Shown here: positions 1 through 6,982 of the stretch, piece after piece
Numbering within the stretch: position 1 is the first letter of the stretch
Layout of the letters: each line of letters begins with the position of its first letter
DNA from: Planctomycetota bacterium
GTDB lineage: Bacteria > Planctomycetota > Phycisphaerae > WQYP01
Direction: 5' to 3'
Assembly (NCBI GenBank): GCA_021851715.1
Contig: JAJZCR010000002.1
Coordinates: 529 to 64,528 of the forward strand
DNA: 64,000 nucleotides
The notes under the pieces: generated by a model
Seen by the model: only the letters and a program-made list of their open reading frames with translations
Told to the model about the DNA's origin: nothing
The model's database searches: none
Position numbers and translations under genes: made by a program

Positions 1-126
1 ATTCGTGCCGAGAAGCAGTTAGACGGTTGGCAGTACATTCTTCACGAGTCGGCGGATCGGGGGGCGATGGATAAACGCCGCACCAGGGGCGCAGCCAAGG
101 AATCACCGAGGGCCGACCACCGATGA
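1..126 (+). CDS. 3' end (41 codons) of an upstream ORF that runs off the window; function unknown
   Basis: Frame 1 is open from nt 1 to the TGA at 124-126 (...HESADRGAMDKRRTRGAAKESPRADHR*). Its stop overlaps the helicase ATG (ATGA at 123-126), the same coupling seen at later junctions of this operon. It is absent from the ORF track because it has no start in the window. Confidence 0.35.
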   Translation: MRAEKQLDGWQYILHESADRGAMDKRRTRGAAKESPRADHR

Positions 127-2999
127 CCAATTACCATGCGAAGTATTTGGCCCATGAAATCACGCGCCGGTGCGCGTCGGATAGCGTTGAAAAGCTGACG
201 GCGGTCTTGTCGGATGCCCAGGTTGACCTGAATCCCCATCAAATCGACGCCGCCCTGTTCGCGTTCCGCAACCCGCTCTCGCGTGGTGCGATCCTCGCCG
301 ACGAAGTGGGCCTAGGTAAGACCATTGAGGCCGGTTTGCTCATCGCCCAAATGTGGGCGGAGCGCAAACGCCGAATCCTCGTCATCACGCCAGCCAATCT
401 ACGCAAGCAATGGGGGCAGGAGCTTGCCGACAAATTTTTCCTGCCTTCCGCTATTCTTGAGAACCGGACGTTCAACGAGGCGGTCAAGGCCGGGAATCTC
501 AATCCATTTCAGCGGGATACCGTCGTTATCTGCTCATACCAGTTCGCCAAGAAATCCGAACCGTACATCCGACAGACACCTTGGGATTTGGTCGTCATCG
601 ACGAAGCCCACCGTCTCCGCAACGTCTACAAGCCGACCAACAAGATCGCCAACGCCATCAAGCAGGCGGTATCGCCATTTCGTAAGGTGCTTTTGACCGC
701 GACGCCACTCCAGAATTCGCTACTGGAATTGTACGGCCTGGTCAGCATCATCGACGATTTTGCTTTCGGCGACCTCAAGGCGTTCCGCGCTCGTTTCACC
801 CGGCTCGGCGACAACGAAGATTTTCACGAACTGAAGGAACGCCTCGCGCCGCTCTGCAAACGCACTCTTCGCAAACAGGTTCTTGAATACGTCCCCTACA
901 CGGACCGGCACGCGCTTGTGCAGGAATTCCTGCCGAGCGAAGAGGAGCAACGCCTTTACGATCTTGTCTCCGATTACCTGCAACAGCCCACCCTTTATGC
1001 ATTGCCCGCTAGTCAGCGTTCCCTCATAACGCTGATTCTGCGCAAGCTGCTGGCATCATCGACCTACGCCATTTCCAATACGCTTCAAGGGTTGGCGACC
1101 AAGCTGGAGACCGCCGCCGCCGCGTCTGCAAAGGTCGAATCCCCCCTAGACAATCTGCCGGAAGACGTTGAGGAATTCGACGAACTGGCCGACGAGTGGG
1201 ACGAAGACGGAGAGGACCCGGGGCCGTCGCAGCCGGGATACACGCCGGAGCAACTCGCCGAGTTGAAGACCGAAATGGCCAAACTCCGCGAGTTTCATGC
1301 ACTTGCCAAGTCAATCGTCAGAAATTCCAAAGGCGAAGTGCTGTTGACGGCGCTTCGCAAGGGCTTCGCCGAAGCCGCCAAGGCCCAGGAGCGACAAGGG
1401 AGCGCCGCCCTTCAGCAGAAGGCCATCATCTTCACCGAATCCCGTCGGACGCAGGAATACCTGTACCGGATTCTTGAACAGACCGAATTCGCCGGGAAGG
1501 TAATGTTGTTCAACGGCACAAATACCGATCCCGGCTCGAAAGAAATCCTCCGCCGCTGGCAGGAGAAATACGCTGGGACGGATCGATTATCCGGTTCACC
1601 GGCAGCCGACATGCGGGCGGCGCTGGTTGACAATTTCCGCGACAACGCTTCGATCATGATCGCAACAGAAGCCGCCGCCGAGGGCATCAACCTCCAGTTC
1701 TGCAATCTTGTTGTCAATTACGACCTGCCGTGGAACCCGCAACGCATCGAACAGCGGATTGGACGCTGCCACCGCTATGGGCAGAAATGCGACGTGGTTG
1801 TCGTGAACTTCCTGAATAAGGCCAACGCTGCCGATCAACGAGTATACGAGTTGCTCGCCGAAAAGTTCCGACTCTTCAATGGCGTATTCGGCTCGAGCGA
1901 CGAGGTGCTTGGCGCTGTCGAATCCGGGGTGGATTTTGAAAAACGTATTGCTGCCATCTACCAGCAGTGCCGCACACCCGAGCAGATTCAATTCGAGTTC
2001 GACCAGCTTCAGAAGGAATTGGACGCCGAGATCGCCGCCGGGCACCGGGATGCCCGGGAAAAATTACTCGACAACTTCGATCAGGAGGTCGTTGAGAAGG
2101 TTCGCGTCGAAAGCGAAGGTTTGCTCAACACGTTCAACGAGCGTCTCTGGCGTCTGACTCGCCATGTGCTTGACGGGCACGCACAATTTGACGAGGCCAA
2201 CTATAGCTTCTTCCTCACCCGCAATCCGTTCCCAGCCGAGACGATCAATCACGGCCCGTACCGTCTCGGCAAGAACGTGGAGGATGCCAACACCTATCGC
2301 GTCGGCCATCCGCTGGCCCAGCGCGTGCTCGACTTGGCTAAGAGCTTGTCGGCCCCTTCAGCCGAAGTGACGTTCAATTACACGAATACCCGCAAGAATA
2401 TCGCGGTGCTGACGTCTTTTGTCGGGCGTAGCGGCTGGCTCACCTGCGCACGCCTAACCGTACAGTCGTTTGATACAGAGGAAATCCTCATACTTTCCGC
2501 CGTCGCCGATGACAATACCGTGCTCGATGACTCACAATGCCGCAGGCTCTTTGACCTTCCAGGCGCCGCCGGTAAGGAACTTGGCGTCCCCCCGACGACC
2601 CAGGCCCAACTGTCTGAAGCGGTTGCCAGACAACAGGCCCGGCGATTGGAGATCATTGCAGCCAAGAACGGTAGCTGGTTCGATTCGGAAATGGAGAAAC
2701 TCGACCATTGGGCTGACGACCGGAGAACAACCCTGAAGGCCGAACTGGACGAACTCGACCAGGCGATCAAAGAAGCCAAGAAGGCCGCTCGTCTCGCCCC
2801 GAATCTCCCGGAGAAACTGGAGCTTCAGCGCAAGCTTCGCACGCTGGAAGGCAAACGTGACGAGGCATGGCGGGCATACGATGCCGCCAGTCGGGACATC
2901 GACCGGCAGAAGGACGGCTTGCTCGACGAAATCATCCGGCGGCTGAATCAGAACACAACTTGCGAAACGCTGTTTACCCTGCGATGGAGACTGACATGA
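123..2999 (+). CDS. SNF2/SWI2-family SF2 helicase-translocase with an acidic insert and an unassigned ~350-aa C-terminal region ending in a coiled coil
   Basis: Motif I is ADEVGLGKTIEAG, motif II is VVIDEAHRLRN, and the motif VI region is NPQRIEQRIGRCHRYGQ. There is an acidic run EDVEEFDELADEWDEDGEDPG. The tail is heptad-rich (KAELDELDQAIKEAKKAARL...RKLRTLEGKRDEAWRAY). Confidence 0.9.
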   Translation: MTNYHAKYLAHEITRRCASDSVEKLTAVLSDAQVDLNPHQIDAALFAFRNPLSRGAILADEVGLGKTIEAGLLIAQMWAERKRRILVITPANLRKQWGQELADKFFLPSAILENRTFNEAVKAGNLNPFQRDTVVICSYQFAKKSEPYIRQTPWDLVVIDEAHRLRNVYKPTNKIANAIKQAVSPFRKVLLTATPLQNSLLELYGLVSIIDDFAFGDLKAFRARFTRLGDNEDFHELKERLAPLCKRTLRKQVLEYVPYTDRHALVQEFLPSEEEQRLYDLVSDYLQQPTLYALPASQRSLITLILRKLLASSTYAISNTLQGLATKLETAAAASAKVESPLDNLPEDVEEFDELADEWDEDGEDPGPSQPGYTPEQLAELKTEMAKLREFHALAKSIVRNSKGEVLLTALRKGFAEAAKAQERQGSAALQQKAIIFTESRRTQEYLYRILEQTEFAGKVMLFNGTNTDPGSKEILRRWQEKYAGTDRLSGSPAADMRAALVDNFRDNASIMIATEAAAEGINLQFCNLVVNYDLPWNPQRIEQRIGRCHRYGQKCDVVVVNFLNKANAADQRVYELLAEKFRLFNGVFGSSDEVLGAVESGVDFEKRIAAIYQQCRTPEQIQFEFDQLQKELDAEIAAGHRDAREKLLDNFDQEVVEKVRVESEGLLNTFNERLWRLTRHVLDGHAQFDEANYSFFLTRNPFPAETINHGPYRLGKNVEDANTYRVGHPLAQRVLDLAKSLSAPSAEVTFNYTNTRKNIAVLTSFVGRSGWLTCARLTVQSFDTEEILILSAVADDNTVLDDSQCRRLFDLPGAAGKELGVPPTTQAQLSEAVARQQARRLEIIAAKNGSWFDSEMEKLDHWADDRRTTLKAELDELDQAIKEAKKAARLAPNLPEKLELQRKLRTLEGKRDEAWRAYDAASRDIDRQKDGLLDEIIRRLNQNTTCETLFTLRWRLT

Positions 3000-4015
3000 G
3001 CAAGAATTCCAAGATGGATCGAGATGTCGAAGAGGAATATATGAGCGCGCTAGTCCTGTGGAAACGGTTAACGGAAAATGACTTCAACGCGATGCACGGT
3101 ACGGCCTCGCCTCGCGGCCTAGGTGGTGGTGCGCGGCACATTGCACTGGGTGTTAATAATACAGCGTTCCCGATCGCTGACTTCCTGGGACGCAACGCCA
3201 CACTTACTACCGTCGCCCAGCAAGGAAATCATGATGTTGGCGAACTGGTGTTTAACAGTAATCCGAGCCGAAGACGCGGAGAATGGCTAATCTGTGACCA
3301 ATTCAAGCACCGCCATCCAGCATGGCGAAAATCAGCTGGTTTTCCGGCACACTACGACTCGAATAACCCCCCATACATCCTGATTGTCAGAATTGGAAAC
3401 ACAACGCACGTCCGCTTCATTCTTGCTCGCGCCCTTTCCCAACTTCCAGAAACTGCTTTGCCAGCGGGCATAATTGATCGATCCAAGGGCATTCAGGAAG
3501 CTTCAAAAGCATTTCTGATAGAGCTGCATATCCCATTCGATACTCTGCTAGACACATATAATGTCGAGCTTGCTGACTACCACCCGGATGCATTCGATCC
3601 GGATAGCTTAGAAGACGGTCGCAGTCGCATTGTCGCTTCCATTATACGCCGCCAAGGCCAGCAAGACTTCCGACGAAAGTTGCTGGATGCCTACAACAAG
3701 CAGTGCGCAATTACGCGTTGTCCCACATTGTGGGTTTTAGAGGCAGCGCACATTACACCATATCGGGGTGCCCGCACAAATGTCGTGTCGAATGGCCTGC
3801 TCCTACGTGCGGATGTCCACACCCTGTTCGACCTTGCTCTAATTTCGATTGCGCCAGATTCCATGACTATTCGTGTTTCTCAACGATTGGTCGATGACTC
3901 ATATCTAGCATTAGAAGGACGATCTATCGTTATCCCACGCCATAGCATTTCTAGACCAAACAGAGATGCCATTGCGCGGCACTTTAAGCAATTTGAGCGA
4001 CAGCTAGGTGCTTAG
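2996..4015 (+). CDS. HNH endonuclease (COG3440/HNH_2-like C-terminus) with an unassigned ~230-aa N-terminal domain
   Basis: The C-terminal module reads QCAITRC...LEAAHITPYRGARTNVVSNGLLLRADVHTLFD. I chose the start at ATG 2996, which forms an ATGA overlap with the helicase stop, rather than the track start at 2867. ATG 2984 is an alternative. Confidence 0.8.
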   Translation: MSKNSKMDRDVEEEYMSALVLWKRLTENDFNAMHGTASPRGLGGGARHIALGVNNTAFPIADFLGRNATLTTVAQQGNHDVGELVFNSNPSRRRGEWLICDQFKHRHPAWRKSAGFPAHYDSNNPPYILIVRIGNTTHVRFILARALSQLPETALPAGIIDRSKGIQEASKAFLIELHIPFDTLLDTYNVELADYHPDAFDPDSLEDGRSRIVASIIRRQGQQDFRRKLLDAYNKQCAITRCPTLWVLEAAHITPYRGARTNVVSNGLLLRADVHTLFDLALISIAPDSMTIRVSQRLVDDSYLALEGRSIVIPRHSISRPNRDAIARHFKQFERQLGA

Positions 4016-4042
4016 TTGTTACTCGAGCCGTAGGAATCCAGG

Positions 4043-5929
4043 ATGAACTCAAGAGAATCGTTAAGGATGCTTTCCATGACCCCGCCTGATAAATTTGATT
4101 TGCGCTCCCATGACCCAATAGACGAAAAGCTCGAATGCCTCTTCCGTCTCTTTCCCGAAGCCCGATCCGAAGGCGGTAAACTCGACTTCGCCCGGCTCAA
4201 GCTGGCACTCGGCGAGTCGGTGGACGTAGGCAAGGAGCGCTACGGCATGAACTGGCCCGGCAAGGTCGATTGTTTCAAGACCATTCAGACTCCGAGCGTC
4301 GCTACCCTTCGCCCGTGCTCGGAAGAAAGCTTTAACTTTGAAACCACCGAGAACCTCATTATCGAAGGCGACAATCTTGAGGTGCTCAAACTCTTGCAGA
4401 AGTCATATCTTGGCAAGGTCAAGATGATCTACATCGATCCGCCATACAATACTGGTAACGATTTCATTTATCCTGATAATTACAACGAGTCGTTGCAGAC
4501 CTACCTGGAGTATACAGGGCAAGTTGATGACGATGGCAAAAAGTTCGGCACGAATACGGATGCCGACGGGCGATTTCACTCTAAGTGGCTCTGTATGATG
4601 TGGCCTCGGCTTTATCTCGCCCGAAACCTCCTTTCTGAAGATGGCGTTATCTTCGTCAGCATAAGCGACCATGAGGTCGCTGCTCTTCGGATGTTGATGA
4701 ACGAAATCTTTGGTGAAGAGAATTTTAGTGCCCAGTTCGTTTGGAAGAGCCGTAAGTACCCGGACTCGCGTGCCAAAACAGGGGTGTCAACCGACCATGA
4801 GTACATTGTCCTTTACACTCGTTCCGACAGGGGAATTCTGCGTGGTGTTGAGCGTGACGAAACAAAGTTCGGAAATCCTGACAACGATCCCTGCGGCGTT
4901 TGGATGAGTAGGAGCTTGTTAGGGCTTGCGACGAAGGCACAGCGTCCAAACCTGCATTACACAATCACTGACCCGGCAACAGGGCGTAAGTACGACCCGC
5001 CGGAAGACACTGGGTGGCGCTACTCCGAGGATCGGATGAAGTCGTTGATTGCAGAGGGCTGCATCCTGTTTCCTTCAAAGGCTGAGGGCCGACCACGTGA
5101 AAAGAAGTTCCGTTCCGATCTCCAAAGTGAGTTTGTCGCGTTTCCGAGCATCATCGACGACTTATTTACCTCTGACGGCACGGCAGAAATCCGCGAACTT
5201 TTTGGCGAAGAAGTATTCGATTTTTCTAAACCCTCGGCTCTGATACAGCGTTTGGTCAAGCAGGGCACTAATGGAGACGGCATCGTCCTCGATTTCTTCG
5301 CAGGAAGTGGTACCACGGCTCAGGCCGTTCTTCAGGCCAACGATGAAGACGGGGGAGATCGCAAGTACGTTCTCATTCAACTACCTGAACCTACTGAGCG
5401 AAAGGACTTCCCAACAATCGCCGAAATTACCAAGGAGCGCGTCCGACGAGCAGTGGCCAACCTTTTGAAGGCTCTCGAAGGGTCGCTCTCATTTGAAGAG
5501 AGAGATTTGAAAGACCGTGGCTTTCGAGTGTACAAGCTCGCCGAATCTAACTTCACCGAGTGGGATGCTAATGTTCAGCACGAGGATAATGCGTTGGAGA
5601 GACAACTTCAGCTTCATGTAGATCACATCCGTCATGAGCGGAACTCCGACGACATTCTTTACGAACTGCTTCTCAAAAGTGGCTTTCCGTTAACAACGAA
5701 GGTGGAGAAGGTCACGCTCGCTGGCAAGACGGTGAATTCCGTCGCCGGGGGGGCGCTGATAATTTGCCTTGAGAAGCATCTCACCCTTGAAGTGATCCGC
5801 GCCATCGCCGACCGCAAGCCTGAGCGCGTTGTCTTGCTGGACGAGGGCTTTGCCGGGAACGACCAGTTGAAGGCCAACGCCGTGCAAACGTTCAAGACCA
5901 AGGGCGTCACCAGCTTCAAAACCGTTTAG
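4043..5929 (+). CDS. mod: Type III restriction-modification methyltransferase (Mod), N6-adenine, beta-class
   Basis: Motif IV is IYIDPPYNTGNDFIYPDNY, and motif I follows about 290 aa later as LDFFAGSGTTAQAV. Its size (628 aa) and position upstream of a Res gene fit a Mod subunit. Confidence 0.9.
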   Translation: MNSRESLRMLSMTPPDKFDLRSHDPIDEKLECLFRLFPEARSEGGKLDFARLKLALGESVDVGKERYGMNWPGKVDCFKTIQTPSVATLRPCSEESFNFETTENLIIEGDNLEVLKLLQKSYLGKVKMIYIDPPYNTGNDFIYPDNYNESLQTYLEYTGQVDDDGKKFGTNTDADGRFHSKWLCMMWPRLYLARNLLSEDGVIFVSISDHEVAALRMLMNEIFGEENFSAQFVWKSRKYPDSRAKTGVSTDHEYIVLYTRSDRGILRGVERDETKFGNPDNDPCGVWMSRSLLGLATKAQRPNLHYTITDPATGRKYDPPEDTGWRYSEDRMKSLIAEGCILFPSKAEGRPREKKFRSDLQSEFVAFPSIIDDLFTSDGTAEIRELFGEEVFDFSKPSALIQRLVKQGTNGDGIVLDFFAGSGTTAQAVLQANDEDGGDRKYVLIQLPEPTERKDFPTIAEITKERVRRAVANLLKALEGSLSFEERDLKDRGFRVYKLAESNFTEWDANVQHEDNALERQLQLHVDHIRHERNSDDILYELLLKSGFPLTTKVEKVTLAGKTVNSVAGGALIICLEKHLTLEVIRAIADRKPERVVLLDEGFAGNDQLKANAVQTFKTKGVTSFKTV

Positions 5930-5935
5930 GGGTGC

Positions 5936-6982
5936 ATGATGAGCGAACCCGATAAACCCAACGAAGGCGAACTGATCCTGTACCAGACCCCCGAGGGCAC
6001 AGTGCGCATCGAGGTGCTGTACGAGTCCGAGACATTCTGGCTTAACCAGAAGAAGATTGCCGAGCTTTTCGGGGTGGATTTACGGACGATAAGTTACCAC
6101 CTGAGCGAGATTTACGCATCCGGCGAATTGCAGCAGGATCGAACTCTCCGAAAAGTTTGGAGAGTTCAAAGCGAGGGCAGCCGCGAGGTTCGACGGGAAA
6201 TCGAATTTTACAACCTCGACGCGATAATTTCCGTCGGCTACCGCGTCAACAGCGCCCAGGCCACGCAATTCCGCATTTGGGCCACGCAGACGTTGCGGGA
6301 ATTCGTCATCAAGGGGTTCGTCCTGGACGACGAGCGCCTGAAGTTCAACAAGCGATTCGGCAAGGATTATTTCGACGAGTTGCTGGAGCGCATCCGCGAG
6401 ATACGGGCCAGCGAACGCCGCTTCTACCTCAAAATTACCGACATATACGAGCAGTGCAGCATCGACTACGACAAGGACGCCGAGATCACCAAGACGTTCT
6501 TCAAGACCGTCCAGAACAAGCTGCATTGGGCCGTGACCGGGCAGACTGCTGCCGAAATCATCGCCGAACGTGCCGACGCCAAGAAGCCGTCCATGGGGCT
6601 GACGACGTGGAAGAACGCTCCGAAGGGGAAGATTCTCAAGTCGGACGTGTCTGTGGCAAAAAACTACCTGATTGAGCAGGAAATCAAGGAACTGGAGCGC
6701 ATCGTCGGCATGTACCTGGACTATGCCGAGAATCAGGCCGCACGGCAGATTCCGATGAAGATGACCCATTGGGTTGCACGGCTTGATGCGTTCCTGAAAT
6801 TTAACGAGTACGAGGTACTTACCAACGCCGGTTCCGTGTCGGCGGAGGTCGCAAAGCGGCTGGCTGAAGAACAATACGAGACGTTCCGCGTCGCTCAGGA
6901 TCGTGCTTTTGAGAGCGATTTCGACAAGGAGATCAAGCGGATCGAGAAGAAAACCAAGCGGTCCAAGGGAGATGGCGAGTGA
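5936..6982 (+). CDS. RhuM-family (virulence protein RhuM-like) protein embedded between mod and res
   Basis: The N-terminus ELILYQTPEGTVRIEVLYESETFWLNQKKIAELFGVDLRTISYHLSEIYASGEL matches my memory of the RhuM family signature. It sits 6 nt after the mod stop, and its stop overlaps the res start. Confidence 0.8.
   Translation: MMSEPDKPNEGELILYQTPEGTVRIEVLYESETFWLNQKKIAELFGVDLRTISYHLSEIYASGELQQDRTLRKVWRVQSEGSREVRREIEFYNLDAIISVGYRVNSAQATQFRIWATQTLREFVIKGFVLDDERLKFNKRFGKDYFDELLERIREIRASERRFYLKITDIYEQCSIDYDKDAEITKTFFKTVQNKLHWAVTGQTAAEIIAERADAKKPSMGLTTWKNAPKGKILKSDVSVAKNYLIEQEIKELERIVGMYLDYAENQAARQIPMKMTHWVARLDAFLKFNEYEVLTNAGSVSAEVAKRLAEEQYETFRVAQDRAFESDFDKEIKRIEKKTKRSKGDGE

Noticed and set aside
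2867-2995. The 43-codon N-terminal extension of the HNH ORF, overlapping the helicase 3' end.
   Set aside because: The extension is Arg-rich out-of-frame helicase sequence. ATG 2996 gives an ATGA stop-start overlap, which is typical of coupled genes.
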